Notes under the pieces: model-generated | The model's input: only the letters and a program-made list of their open reading frames with translations | Databases searched by the model: none | Told to the model about the DNA's origin: nothing | Shown here: piece by piece, positions 19,321-29,351 of the stretch | How positions within the stretch are numbered: the stretch's first letter is position 1 | Layout of the letters: each line of letters begins with the position of its first letter | Virus record (IMG/VR): IMGVR_UViG_3300031787_000001 | Location: 124,001-188,000 of that record | DNA length: 64,000 nucleotides | Reading direction: 5' to 3' (one strand) | Program-made: the position numbers and the translations under genes

Positions 19321-19659
19321 ATGACACACGAACAACTACACAACTTCGTATCGGAAAAAGGTGAAAGGGAATTTAACCCACAAGAAACCTTACAAGTATT
19401 AACCCACAACAGAACAACATATTGGTCTTGGGGTGTATCTAAACTCCTTAATATGTTTAATAAGGGGTTATGTTTGAAAGTATCAGGACATCACCACAAA
19501 GGTTGGGTAATCATCACACTCGGTTTTACAGACACTTACTCGGTGTTTTATGTATCAAACAATGGTAAAGTCAAAGATGAACAACACTTGGTCTATTTTG
19601 ACGAACTCACCGAAAGGATAGATGATAAAATCGAACGAATACCGATTTACAAACACTAA
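19321..19659 (+). CDS. Early hypothetical protein; no Ala
   Basis: ORF track. Confidence 0.8.
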   Translation: MTHEQLHNFVSEKGEREFNPQETLQVLTHNRTTYWSWGVSKLLNMFNKGLCLKVSGHHHKGWVIITLGFTDTYSVFYVSNNGKVKDEQHLVYFDELTERIDDKIERIPIYKH

Positions 19660-19751
19660 TCACGAAATCGTAATACAGAAACCCTCGACAAAAGTCGGGG
19701 GTTTTTTGTTTTTCCACAGAACTCCGTGTTCACCAGATTCGCTGGTGGTGA

Positions 19752-19805
19752 ATTTATGTGGCGGATCGTATTACAGATAAAGGTGGTATTACACGCCACA
19801 TAAAT
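19752..19805. repeat. TGGC inverted element, spacer 32
   Basis: ATTTATGTGGC/GCCACATAAAT (perfect). Confidence 0.9.
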
Positions 19806-19922
19806 TTTTTGGTTCAGATCCAGGTTTCCACCAGTGAAACTCTTTAACAATAGATTAACAAAATAAATTTGGAATATAAGGTTTAATGATGTATATTTGT
19901 TAAACAATTAAAACATACTACA

Positions 19923-20177
19923 ATGGACAAAAACAAACTAATTAACAGAATTGAAAACATTGGTTTTCTTCTCGGTTGTTTTATCGGTTTATTAACACTT
20001 ATGATGTTGGGGGCGGAACCTACTACTTGGGATGAGGATGGGTTGTACGATTATGAACACCTTTGGGATAAAGGAAATTCGGGTTGGTATGTTATGTGGA
20101 CTTGGGTTTGGTCAGTTGTTACTTTGATTGGGTTGATAGTGGTTAGGTCATTCATTAAGAAAAGTTTAACAAAATAA
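19923..20177 (+). CDS. Small membrane protein
   Basis: Two hydrophobic helices. Confidence 0.75.
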   Translation: MDKNKLINRIENIGFLLGCFIGLLTLMMLGAEPTTWDEDGLYDYEHLWDKGNSGWYVMWTWVWSVVTLIGLIVVRSFIKKSLTK

Positions 20178-20234
20178 ATTTGGTTTTACTCGGTATAAGT
20201 TGTATATTTGTATAAACAATTAAAAACAAAAATT

Positions 20235-20429
20235 ATGAAAAAGTTTTTCAGTTCTATTCTCGGTTTTCACTTGACAATTATGGTTGGGTTGGTTGTTATG
20301 TTTTACTTCAACAACTTGGAAGATAACTACCTAACAATCATTAACAACATTTTCTTGGTTATGATGTCTTTATCCGTTGTGTTATCGGTGGTCTTATGTT
20401 ACTTTGACAAACGAATTTCTAAAAGATAG
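20235..20429 (+). CDS. Small membrane protein
   Basis: Two TM helices; own promoter. Confidence 0.7.
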   Translation: MKKFFSSILGFHLTIMVGLVVMFYFNNLEDNYLTIINNIFLVMMSLSVVLSVVLCYFDKRISKR

Positions 20430-20530
20430 TTGTAGTTTTAATTGTGAACGAAACCACTCCGAAAGGGGTGGTTTTTTTATTTGTGGTATTACACAAAACT
20501 TGAATCGCGGTTCGAGCTGGGATTACACCT

Positions 20531-20576
20531 TTTTCTGTGGCGATCCGTATTACAGAAACCCACTCGCCATAAAAAA
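20531..20576. repeat. TGGC inverted element, spacer 24
   Basis: TTTTCTGTGGC/GCCATAAAAAA. Confidence 0.85.
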
Positions 20577-20683
20577 AGTTTACCAGGACGACAGGTATGA
20601 ATATGGTTTTGAAAAATAAATTTGGAATCAAAAAATATAAGTTGTATATTTGTGTATTATCTAACAAATTAAATTTATATCAA

Positions 20684-21025
20684 ATGAAAGAACAAAATGA
20701 ATGTAATGGAAAAATGTTTCCGAAAGGTTTTTGGTCAAAGAATGGTAAGCCCACACAAAACGCCTTAATGATGTATTTTGTGTATTTGACACATTTACCT
20801 GAAAGTTGGAAAAAGAAAGTAGTACACAAACCCTCACTCGAAAAAACACGACAATACTTTGATGTTGATTATGGTATTGAATGTATGTTAACTTGGGGGA
20901 TACAATTTGGTTGTAAAAATTCTAAAACGTCAGATGAAAGACACCACGCAATGTCTTTGGCTTATCACGACGCTTTGGGTATGATTGGTCAAGGTTACCG
21001 ATACACCGAATTGAAAATTAAGTAG
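20684..21025 (+). CDS. Early hypothetical protein
   Basis: Start reassigned downstream of promoter. Confidence 0.75.
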   Translation: MKEQNECNGKMFPKGFWSKNGKPTQNALMMYFVYLTHLPESWKKKVVHKPSLEKTRQYFDVDYGIECMLTWGIQFGCKNSKTSDERHHAMSLAYHDALGMIGQGYRYTELKIK

Positions 21026-21124
21026 TGTTTGGTTTTAATTGTGAACGAAAAGTCCTCAACGAAAGTTGGGGATTTTTTTTGTCAAGTCACAGACCTCCGT
21101 GTTCACCAGATTCGCTGGTGGACA

Positions 21125-21170
21125 TTTTTTGTGGCTGATCCTATTAGAGAAACCGACAAGCCATAGAAAT
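21125..21170. repeat. TGGC inverted element, spacer 24
   Basis: TTTTTTGTGGC/GCCATAGAAAT. Confidence 0.85.
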
Positions 21171-21278
21171 TTCAGGATGGAAGGTGATCCGAATTCACCT
21201 TCACAAAATTTTAACAAAAAAAATTTGGAATAAGTATGTATATGTTGTATATTTGTATAAATAATTAAAAAAAACATT

Positions 21279-21416
21279 ATGAAAAAGATTTATTCAGTTA
21301 TCGTAGTTATCGTTCTTGTATCATTAACAATGTCCTCTTGTAAAACAAGTGGGTATGGTTGTAAGGGGAAAGAAAGTTGGGGTGGATTGATGAAAAGAAT
21401 TAACAAACCTTATTAG
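21279..21416 (+). CDS. 45-aa lipoprotein (not in ORF track)
   Basis: MKKIYSVIVVIVLVSLTMSS-C lipobox; own promoter and terminator. Confidence 0.7.
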   Translation: MKKIYSVIVVIVLVSLTMSSCKTSGYGCKGKESWGGLMKRINKPY

Positions 21417-21532
21417 TAGTATGGTTGGTTTTAACCCGATGTTTTTACATCGGGTTTTTTATTTTTTTTAACATTTTAGATTTGAAATATAATATTTATT
21501 GTTGTATATTTGTTTAACTAAACCCACTCACT

Positions 21533-21736
21533 ATGAATTTACAATTAAGAACTGAACTAATCGGAAAAAGAATTATGATGATTTTTATGGATGACCCTCA
21601 ACCTATTGAACCAAACACAATGGGTACAATTATCGGAGTTGATGGGTTAAATCAATATCAAGTCAAATGGGATAACGGAAGAAGTTTATCGGTTATACCC
21701 GAAGAAGACCAATTCGTCATTATTGACACAGAGTAG
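21533..21736 (+). CDS. DUF4314-like protein
   Basis: MDDPQPI..GT...VD...QVKWDNGRSL.VIP.ED pattern. Confidence 0.75.
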   Translation: MNLQLRTELIGKRIMMIFMDDPQPIEPNTMGTIIGVDGLNQYQVKWDNGRSLSVIPEEDQFVIIDTE

Positions 21737-21832
21737 TCCGTTCGTTCCCTCATAAAGACAAACCTCAACAGAAATGTTGGGGTTTTTTGTTTCTCCACAG
21801 AACTCCGTGTTCACCATGCTCCCGGTATGTCA

Positions 21833-21878
21833 TTTTCTGTGGCTGATCGTATTACAGGAAGTTAGACGCCAAAGAAAT
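21833..21878. repeat. TGGC inverted element, spacer 24
   Basis: TTTTCTGTGGC/GCCAAAGAAAT. Confidence 0.85.
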
Positions 21879-22270
21879 TTCCAACGACCCGGATCAGGAA
21901 ATCGCCTGTCGGTTATCTTCACAAAGTTTTAACAAAATAAATTTGGAATATAAAGTATAATGATGTATATTTGTTAAACAATTAAAAACTACTACAATGA
22001 AACAAGACAATTCTGACCAATGGATTCAAGGATTAACATTAATAATCTGTTTTATTACACTTGTTATTGTAATCTCCTTAAAGTATTATCTAACGGGTGA
22101 AATCTAAAATAAATTTGGAATATAATAAATAATACCTTATATTTGTGTTATGAAACAGAAATACGAAAATAGATTTTACAAAATTTTACTTTTATTTTGG
22201 ATGATGGTATTCACCTTTGTTTACTTTCAAATAAAATATCAATTAGTTTTCCATTTCTAAAAAACGAAAT

Positions 22271-22423
22271 ATGAAAAATAATTATTTAAGTACAATTAAA
22301 AGAAAGGAACAAGTACAACAAGGAATGTACGATGGTCGTTTCCGTAGTCGTGTGGTGGTAGATAAGAAGAAGAAAGAAAGTAAAAACAAATGTCGTGTTA
22401 AACTTAAAATCAATTATGTATGA
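22271..22423 (+). CDS. 50-aa basic protein (not in ORF track)
   Basis: YDGRFRSRVVVDKKKK; ATGA-coupled to 22420. Confidence 0.6.
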   Translation: MKNNYLSTIKRKEQVQQGMYDGRFRSRVVVDKKKKESKNKCRVKLKINYV

Positions 22424-22629
22424 TACTTGAATTACATTCAGTCGGAAGTGTTATTGACACAGAAACACTATTCACATATCCAATGTTACTAAATGGTGGA
22501 TATGATAAAAATCAAAATGTCCATATTGACGATGTTGATATAGAGTGGTTTCATAGTTTGTCTGATGAAGATTTTGGAACAATAAATGAGTTAATCAATC
22601 AAAGAAACATTAAATCGGAAATAGTATGA
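22420..22629 (+). CDS. Hypothetical protein
   Basis: ORF track. Confidence 0.7.
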   Translation: MILELHSVGSVIDTETLFTYPMLLNGGYDKNQNVHIDDVDIEWFHSLSDEDFGTINELINQRNIKSEIV

Positions 22630-22851
22630 ACAGAGATAGACTAAATAAAATTGAAGAAATTGGTTTTCGTATTACAATGATATTGGTGTTTAGTGTTTTC
22701 ACTATTTGGTTGATTGGAACGATTGTCAAGTTAATAATGATATTGTCGTCATAGTTTAGGTTTGGTTTTAATTGTGAAGAAATCCCTCAACGAAAGTTGG
22801 GGGATTTTCTTTTGGAGGAACTTGAGTCGTGGTTCACCGTGTCTTCAGGGA

Positions 22852-22899
22852 TTTTTTGTGGCTGATCGTATTCAGGTCAACCTCACAAGCCACGGAAAT
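22852..22899. repeat. TGGC inverted element, spacer 26
   Basis: TTTTTTGTGGC/GCCACGGAAAT. Confidence 0.85.
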
Positions 22900-23023
22900 T
22901 TGGTAATCCGAATCACCTGTTTTCCTTCAGGAAATCCTTTCACAAATTTTTAACAAATTATTTTTGGAATAAAAATTTATATGGTGTATATTTGTTATAT
23001 CATTAACAATTAAAACAAACATT

Positions 23024-23191
23024 ATGAAAAAGTTACTTGGTCTTATCGTTATCGTGGTTTTATTTTCTTCTTGTAGTCATTATGTAAACGGAGGTGGTGG
23101 AGGTTGTGGGGTATGGTATCCTCGTAAATTTGAAAAAACAAAGGTGTTCCCTACTCGAAATCATCCAATGTATCGACACTTCGGAGGATAG
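23024..23191 (+). CDS. 55-aa lipoprotein, paralog of 24551 (not in ORF track)
   Basis: MKKLLGLIVIVVLFSS-C..GGGCGVWYPRKFE. Confidence 0.75.
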   Translation: MKKLLGLIVIVVLFSSCSHYVNGGGGGCGVWYPRKFEKTKVFPTRNHPMYRHFGG

Positions 23192-23288
23192 TGTTCTAAA
23201 TAAACCTATCAATAAAAATCCCTGACAATAGTCGGGGATTTTTTTTTCAAACACAAGAAGATGTGATCCGGATCAGCTCGACCGTGGA

Positions 23289-23326
23289 TTTTCTCTGGCT
23301 CAGGTCAACCTACAAGCCAAAGAAAA
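23289..23326. repeat. TGGC inverted element, spacer 16
   Basis: TTTTCTCTGGC/GCCAAAGAAAA. Confidence 0.85.
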
Positions 23327-23461
23327 TTAATAATCCAGATCCCGTCCCTGAAATTTTAACAAAACTTTAACACAAAATCCTTTAACAACATTTTAACAAT
23401 AAAAATTTGGAAATAGGTAGTAATAAGTTGTATATTTGTATAAACAATTAAAACAAATTTT

Positions 23462-23989
23462 ATGAAACAGAAACAAAGAGTATTTGTAACAGAAAGAGAG
23501 TTGTTAATTATCTTAATGAGTATTGACAAACCTACATTCACTCACATTGTATCTAAAACCAAAGTGAGAATGAATAAAGGTGGTAATCCGTATTTTGATA
23601 AAGTTACCAAACACTCAAAAGGTAACTACTTCATCGGTGGTAGTTATGAGGATATGGTAAACACTCGTTGTGTGAAAGAGGGTATTGAACCTAATTTTGA
23701 AAGTCAAGAATGTTCAGTCGGAGAACATATTACCAAGTGTGTTCAGTATAATGAGAACTTACAGAGGTACTATCTTCAATACTTCATCTTCCCTACAAGT
23801 AACATCAAGAGTGAATTTACCTATGAGGGAGATAGTATTGAGAGAGAGTTGTTCCGTAGTTATGAGGTAAAGAGGTCGGAGAGTTCAAGACAACCACAAG
23901 AGAACAAACACAAACCACAATCGTTTATGGTATCTTCCATTGAGGAAATGACACTAAACGGAACGGAATATGTGGTGGTAGGTAGATAA
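23462..23989 (+). CDS. Early hypothetical protein, paralog of 16928..17449; no Ala
   Basis: Full-length similarity. Confidence 0.85.
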   Translation: MKQKQRVFVTERELLIILMSIDKPTFTHIVSKTKVRMNKGGNPYFDKVTKHSKGNYFIGGSYEDMVNTRCVKEGIEPNFESQECSVGEHITKCVQYNENLQRYYLQYFIFPTSNIKSEFTYEGDSIERELFRSYEVKRSESSRQPQENKHKPQSFMVSSIEEMTLNGTEYVVVGR

Positions 23990-24083
23990 GGTATTACACA
24001 ACCGAAATATAAGGTAGTCATTTGACTACCTTTTTTTATGTCCATACCTATCCACGAGTCGTAGACAGAAGACGCGTCCGAAA

Positions 24084-24128
24084 ATTTCTCTGGCGGATCG
24101 GTATTCGTATTACAGGAGCCACGGAAAT
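24084..24128. repeat. TGGC inverted element, spacer 23
   Basis: ATTTCTCTGGC/GCCACGGAAAT. Confidence 0.85.
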
Positions 24129-24250
24129 TTCAACATCTCAGTAGACATCTCCTCGTCATCGTTAAATTCATTATGAAAACATTAACAGAGATTTTTTGGA
24201 GATATAAGGTATTACATAGTATATTTGATAAACAATTAAAAACATATACT

Positions 24251-24472
24251 ATGAACAAAGAAACAATCAAAGTGGTGGTGTGTTATTGTAACTCACTTCC
24301 CAAAGGTTTTATGACACTTCGGAATTTCTTAAACTTTACAAATCGTTCGTGGTGGGATAGTACCAAAACTATTGAGATACCAAAAGAGTATTGGGAGAAT
24401 GTCCACATTGGGAACATAGATAGGTATGTTGAAATGTATGAGAATAACCCTAAGTGGTGGAATGTTGTATAA
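24251..24472 (+). CDS. Hypothetical protein
   Basis: Start downstream of promoter. Confidence 0.7.
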   Translation: MNKETIKVVVCYCNSLPKGFMTLRNFLNFTNRSWWDSTKTIEIPKEYWENVHIGNIDRYVEMYENNPKWWNVV

Positions 24473-24550
24473 ATTTTAACAAATTAAATTTGGAATATAA
24501 ATTTATTTGTTGTATATTTGTTCTATCATTAACAATTAAAACAATACATT

Positions 24551-24745
24551 ATGAAAAAGTTACTCGGTCTTATCGTTGTGGTTATCATCTTTTCAAGTTG
24601 TGGAACAACTTATTACGGAACAAGTGGTGGGAATGGTTGTGGTGTGTGGTTTCCCAAAAAATTTGAAAGGGATAGAAGTCATCAAAGAAGAATGAATTGG
24701 ATAAACAATCCAAATTCGGGTAGGTATCGTAGTGGTGTTCATTAA
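24551..24745 (+). CDS. Small lipoprotein
   Basis: IIFSS-C lipobox; GCGVWFPKKFE. Confidence 0.75.
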   Translation: MKKLLGLIVVVIIFSSCGTTYYGTSGGNGCGVWFPKKFERDRSHQRRMNWINNPNSGRYRSGVH

Positions 24746-24785
24746 AAAAAAATTCTTATCTTCGTTAAACCTTAAATCAATTTTT

Positions 24786-24968
24786 ATGAAACAATTACTT
24801 TTTATCTTGTTCGGTATTAAACCTCAACAAAAATTCAGAGAGTTGAAATTTGAAAAGAAACAATATCCTTTAAGGGAGTTCAATCAAACTGACTTTGAAA
24901 AGTGGTGTAACGAATTTAGAGTTGGTTGTATGGATGGAAAAAGGATAGTTCATTTTGAAATTGGGTAA
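24786..24968 (+). CDS. Hypothetical protein
   Basis: ORF before terminator. Confidence 0.65.
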   Translation: MKQLLFILFGIKPQQKFRELKFEKKQYPLREFNQTDFEKWCNEFRVGCMDGKRIVHFEIG

Positions 24969-25063
24969 TCACTTACCTTTGATAACAAAGTCCTCAACGA
25001 AAGTTGGGGATTTTTTTTGTCCAAAACCCAAGAAGATGTGATCCGGATCAGCTCCATCCGGGA

Positions 25064-25108
25064 TTTTACGTGGCAGATCGGTATTCGTATTACAGAAGCC
25101 ACAAAAAT
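25064..25108. repeat. TGGC inverted element, spacer 23
   Basis: TTTTACGTGGC/GCCACAAAAAT. Confidence 0.85.
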
Positions 25109-25231
25109 TCCACTTCAGGACGACAGGTATGATTCTGATTTTTATTTTAACACTTTTTAACAAAAATAAATTTGGAGTGGAATTGTATATGTTGTATATT
25201 CGTGTATTGTTAAACAATTAAAACTAAACGT

Positions 25232-25456
25232 ATGACAAACTTACAAAGAATTGGTAATTGGTATTCAGTTACAATTAATGATACTAACTACAATGTCCTT
25301 ATTCAAAAAGATGATAATAAGGTTACTTGTGAACCTTCCTCAATTATTGTATTTGACGAAGATTTCAAAGAGGTTGACAAACCAAGTGTGTATGATGATA
25401 TGATAAGTATATTTGAAAAAGTTGACTTCAAATACGATATGATTGATGATGATTAA
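25232..25456 (+). CDS. Hypothetical protein
   Basis: ORF track, promoter upstream. Confidence 0.7.
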   Translation: MTNLQRIGNWYSVTINDTNYNVLIQKDDNKVTCEPSSIIVFDEDFKEVDKPSVYDDMISIFEKVDFKYDMIDDD

Positions 25457-25539
25457 CTAATCTTTAACAAAATAAATTTGGAATGAAAGTTTATATCGTG
25501 TATATTTGTGTATTGTTAAACAATTAAAATTAAAAACAA

Positions 25540-25881
25540 ATGAACTTTGTAATCACACACTACGGAAAAAATGTTGATGAACTCAACGAAAAAGAAAAAG
25601 CATTATTAATGGTTGATACCCTTATGACTACTCTTTTTATGAAAAAGAAAGAAGATGGTCTTGAACCGATTGAGGATATTATGTGTAACTCTTTGAGTAA
25701 CAAAAGAAACGGAATTGTCCTTGACATTATGGGTTGGGAACAAGGGGAAACTCGTGAGGAAAAATTGGAACTCCTTGAAAGAATGGAACAGACAAAGTAT
25801 AGTTATACTAAATTCTTAAAGGATATGAGAATTAATGTTAAGAAACACGATGAAATGGAAAGAGTATCATCATTGAATTAA
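25540..25881 (+). CDS. Hypothetical protein
   Basis: ORF track, promoter upstream. Confidence 0.75.
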   Translation: MNFVITHYGKNVDELNEKEKALLMVDTLMTTLFMKKKEDGLEPIEDIMCNSLSNKRNGIVLDIMGWEQGETREEKLELLERMEQTKYSYTKFLKDMRINVKKHDEMERVSSLN

Positions 25882-25974
25882 TTTTGGATTATCGTTTCAT
25901 ATTTACCCCCGATGTTTTTACATTGGGGGTTTTTGTTTCCCCGAACTCACCTTCACAGACAGCTCCATCGGGGA

Positions 25975-26012
25975 ATTTATCTGGCGGATCGGTTTATGGA
26001 CGCCACGGAAAT
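25975..26012. repeat. TGGC inverted element, spacer 16
   Basis: ATTTATCTGGC/GCCACGGAAAT. Confidence 0.85.
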
Positions 26013-26190
26013 TTCTGGATGGAAGGATGCTCCTTCAGAAAATAAAATTTGTTAATAGTTTTTAACAAAATAAATTTGGAATAGGGGTGTATAAGTTGTA
26101 TATTTGTGTTATGAAGAAACTAAAACCTTACATATTTCCGATTATATTGGTTATGTATGTTTTAATTAAAACATTCTTCAAACATTAATT

Positions 26191-26736
26191 ATGAAAACTT
26201 TAATTATTCACCCGAAAGACAGAACGACTGATTTTTTAAGTGTATTTTACCAAAACATACCCGATAAGGTTGTTATTAGTGGTGGGTACTCAAAAGATGA
26301 AGTTAGGGAAATGATAAAGGACTTTGATAGGGTTATTATGTGTGGACACGGAACTCCCAATGGGTTGATGTCCGTAGGTCAATTCAAAAGTAGTTGGGGG
26401 TTTATCATTGACGAAACCTTTGTTGATGTGTTGAGTGAGAAAACTGAAAATATCTTTATATGGTGTAACGCGGACAAGTTTGTTCGTAAACATAACCTCA
26501 AAGGGTTTTTCAGTGGTATGTTTATTTCCGAAGTCGGAGAAAGTGAGTATTGTGGTGTACCCTCTCCACAAGATATTGTAACGGAAAGTAATGATACATT
26601 CTCAAACATTCTCTCAAAGTATATCAATGACAATGTTTCGGTAATTCACAAAAAAGTTACAAAGGAATATGGTAAATTTTCCGAAACTAACCCGATAGGG
26701 TATTACAATAATAATAGGTTGTACCTTACACAATAG
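26191..26736 (+). CDS. Hypothetical protein, possible caspase/CHAT-like His-Cys fold
   Basis: VIMCGHG..GL and IFIWCNA. Confidence 0.5.
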   Translation: MKTLIIHPKDRTTDFLSVFYQNIPDKVVISGGYSKDEVREMIKDFDRVIMCGHGTPNGLMSVGQFKSSWGFIIDETFVDVLSEKTENIFIWCNADKFVRKHNLKGFFSGMFISEVGESEYCGVPSPQDIVTESNDTFSNILSKYINDNVSVIHKKVTKEYGKFSETNPIGYYNNNRLYLTQ

Positions 26737-26838
26737 TTTTTTGTCATAAATAAAATAACCCCCGATGTTTCTACATTGGGGGTTTTTGTTTTTGGGGTAT
26801 TACAACAAGATGTGTTGGGACGGTGAGCAGATCAGGGA

Positions 26839-26876
26839 ATTTCTGTGGCTGATCGTATTACACTCGCCATAAAAAA
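26839..26876. repeat. TGGC inverted element, spacer 16
   Basis: ATTTCTGTGGC/GCCATAAAAAA. Confidence 0.85.
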
Positions 26877-27096
26877 AGTGGAAGACCAGAGCACCAGTCT
26901 TCAGGAAAAACTTGACTAATTAAAAAAAATGTATTACCTTTGTTTTGGTTTTTCACAGGATATTGGATTAATAACCCCCTTATGTTTCTACATTGAGGGG
27001 TTTTTTGTTTTAACAAAGGTTTAACAATAAATATTTGGAAATATAAGATTTTATTTCGTATATTTGTTCTATCAATAACAATTAAAAATTATTTTT

Positions 27097-27315
27097 ATGA
27101 AAACAAAAATTAAGAACATTGTACTCGCAGTAGTTACTTACTTTATTGGTTTATTCATTGTATCGGTGTTTTTAAGTACATTTCAAACTCCCGATAATCT
27201 TAACCTACCGACTTTTGGTTATGTGTTATTTTACCTTTATTTCTTCGGGGGAATGTATTTGGTGTATCGTATTTTCTTAAAGAAAAAGAAAGAAATTAAA
27301 CCCGAAACATTTTAA
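27097..27315 (+). CDS. Two-TM membrane protein
   Basis: Hydrophobicity. Confidence 0.7.
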   Translation: MKTKIKNIVLAVVTYFIGLFIVSVFLSTFQTPDNLNLPTFGYVLFYLYFFGGMYLVYRIFLKKKKEIKPETF

Positions 27316-27441
27316 TCAAAAAGTAACTTAACCCCCGATATTTCGGGGGTTTTTGTTTTAACAAAATTTTAAGAAAATAAATTTGGATTGTGTTTGTATA
27401 ATTTGTATATTTGATTATCATTAACAATTAAATTTACAATT

Positions 27442-27729
27442 ATGAAAAAGTTATTTGTAATATCATTTGTTGTTTTTCTTTTCAGTTGTTCAGTTCAAAA
27501 AGAGTGTAATGTGAAATTTAACCTTTCAAATTTAGATATTGACTTAAAAGATAGTGTTAATATAAAAGTAGAAAGAATTGTTTATACATATCTCGGAAAT
27601 TTTGTTAGGGGTACTAATAATGTTTGGTATCGTCATCGTGGAATAGTTGATTTTAAGGTTGGTGATAGTGTTGTAGTTTTTAATGAGTTCAAAACTTTAC
27701 CTCCTTGTCCTCGTGAGTGGGGGTTTTAA
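27442..27729 (+). CDS. Lipoprotein
   Basis: FLFS-C lipobox. Confidence 0.7.
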   Translation: MKKLFVISFVVFLFSCSVQKECNVKFNLSNLDIDLKDSVNIKVERIVYTYLGNFVRGTNNVWYRHRGIVDFKVGDSVVVFNEFKTLPPCPREWGF

Positions 27730-27810
27730 GAAAACATTAACAAAATAAATTTGGAATATAAAATTTATTGTTGTATATTTGTGTAACATTAACAATTAAA
27801 ACAAAACACA

Positions 27811-28413
27811 ATGGAAGCGATTAACACAATTACCAAAGGAAACTACAAATTAGAAATTTTTCAAGAGGATAGTCCCGAAAGTCCAAGAAGTTGGGATAAT
27901 TTGGGAACAATGATTTGTTTTCACGGAAGATACAATTTAGGGGATAAACACGACTATAATCATAGAGATTATTCGGGTTGGGAAGAACAGAAAAAAGAAA
28001 TTTCTAAACAAGAGAATGTGTGTGTTATCTTACCCTTGTATCTTTACGACCATAGTGGGATAACAATGAACACAACAGGTTTCAGTTGTGGTTGGGATAG
28101 TGGTCAGGTTGGTTGGATAGTAGTATCAAAGGAAAAAGTGAAAAGTGAATACGGAGTAAAAAGAATTACCAAAGATATTATTGAGAAAGTTACCAATGTG
28201 TTGAAAGGTGAAGTGGAAACATACGACCAATATCTTACGGGTGATGTTTACGGGTATAGAGTATCAAAGATTGAAGTGTGTGATAAGGGTTGTGAACACG
28301 ATGAAGAAGTAGATAGTTGTTGGGGTTATTATGGAGAGGAAAGTGTGGAGGCGGAAGGTAAAAGGATATTGGAGTATTACATTAAGGAAGAAGAAAAGAG
28401 TGTTTGTTCATAG
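27811..28413 (+). CDS. Hypothetical protein
   Basis: 200-aa ORF; PLYLYDHSG, WDSGQVG, DSCWGYYG motifs. Confidence 0.8.
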   Translation: MEAINTITKGNYKLEIFQEDSPESPRSWDNLGTMICFHGRYNLGDKHDYNHRDYSGWEEQKKEISKQENVCVILPLYLYDHSGITMNTTGFSCGWDSGQVGWIVVSKEKVKSEYGVKRITKDIIEKVTNVLKGEVETYDQYLTGDVYGYRVSKIEVCDKGCEHDEEVDSCWGYYGEESVEAEGKRILEYYIKEEEKSVCS

Positions 28414-28514
28414 TTTAGTTTTAGTTGTTAAAGGGAAAAGGGTATCAGAAATGATACCTTTTTTTATTGCCCGAATTTGCGCTTAAGCTCGAACCAGTGC
28501 GCAACAGCTCGTGA

Positions 28515-28551
28515 TTTTCCGTGGCAGATCCGTATTACATGCCACAAAAAA
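28515..28551. repeat. TGGC inverted element, spacer 15
   Basis: TTTTCCGTGGC/GCCACAAAAAA. Confidence 0.85.
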
Positions 28552-28814
28552 ATTACCATCCTGAGTCAGCATTTTCCTTCAGAAAAACATTAACAAATTT
28601 TAACAAATTAAATTTGGAATAAAACTATATTAGTTGTATATTTGTATAAATTAAATTGTATGGAACAAACAATTAAAAAAGAAAAGAAAAAAAGTGAACC
28701 GAAGTATTTTACGGATGAAGATGCGAAAAATGTATTTGTTTTTCAAGAACCATATAAAACAAGTGTAAAAGGTAAACCTATTCAAAAATCAATATCATTA
28801 AAATTTCGTAAACG

Positions 28815-29051
28815 ATGAAAAAAAATCTTACTTATTTGTTATTTAGTTTTGTTATCTTTACTACTATCGGTTGTTCAGTTAGTAGGTGTGGATATAAGAA
28901 TAAGGTATCAAAAAGACAATTAAAAGAAAGTATGAAGTATTCCGATTGGAGATATTATTATCCAACTAAATCAATTACTCAAACATATCAAAATAATCAT
29001 TACAATGTATATGATTACAATACTCAAAGAAAAACTGAAAAAGACAATTAA
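28815..29051 (+). CDS. Putative lipoprotein
   Basis: TTIG-C lipobox. Confidence 0.6.
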   Translation: MKKNLTYLLFSFVIFTTIGCSVSRCGYKNKVSKRQLKESMKYSDWRYYYPTKSITQTYQNNHYNVYDYNTQRKTEKDN

Positions 29052-29244
29052 TAATTGTTTTGTTAATGATACTGGATTGGTTGCGAAAGGTATTATCTAT
29101 CAGTACGAGGGTAAACCTTTCGCGGGTTATGTCATTTATCAAACATACAAATTCTTTTGGATTACTCAATATAAGACCATTGACCACATTGATAGTTTGG
29201 AAACATTAAAAGAAGAATATCCAAACATTAAAGTAATATATTAA
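29005..29244 (+). CDS. Hypothetical protein
   Basis: ORF track. Confidence 0.6.
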   Translation: MYMITILKEKLKKTINNCFVNDTGLVAKGIIYQYEGKPFAGYVIYQTYKFFWITQYKTIDHIDSLETLKEEYPNIKVIY

Positions 29245-29351
29245 AGATTAAGACAAGCAATCAAGTGAAAATTCCCTGATGTTTCTACATCGGGGTTTTT
29301 TGTTTTATGACTGTAAATAGATTACAGTCTGGTCCAGTGCGATCAGGTTGA

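Noticed and set aside
18345-21121. E. coli Chi GCTGGTGG at 18345, 19741, 21114
   Set aside because: All lie in one repeated CACCAG/CTGGTG hairpin module, and that Chi is not known to act in Bacteroidota.
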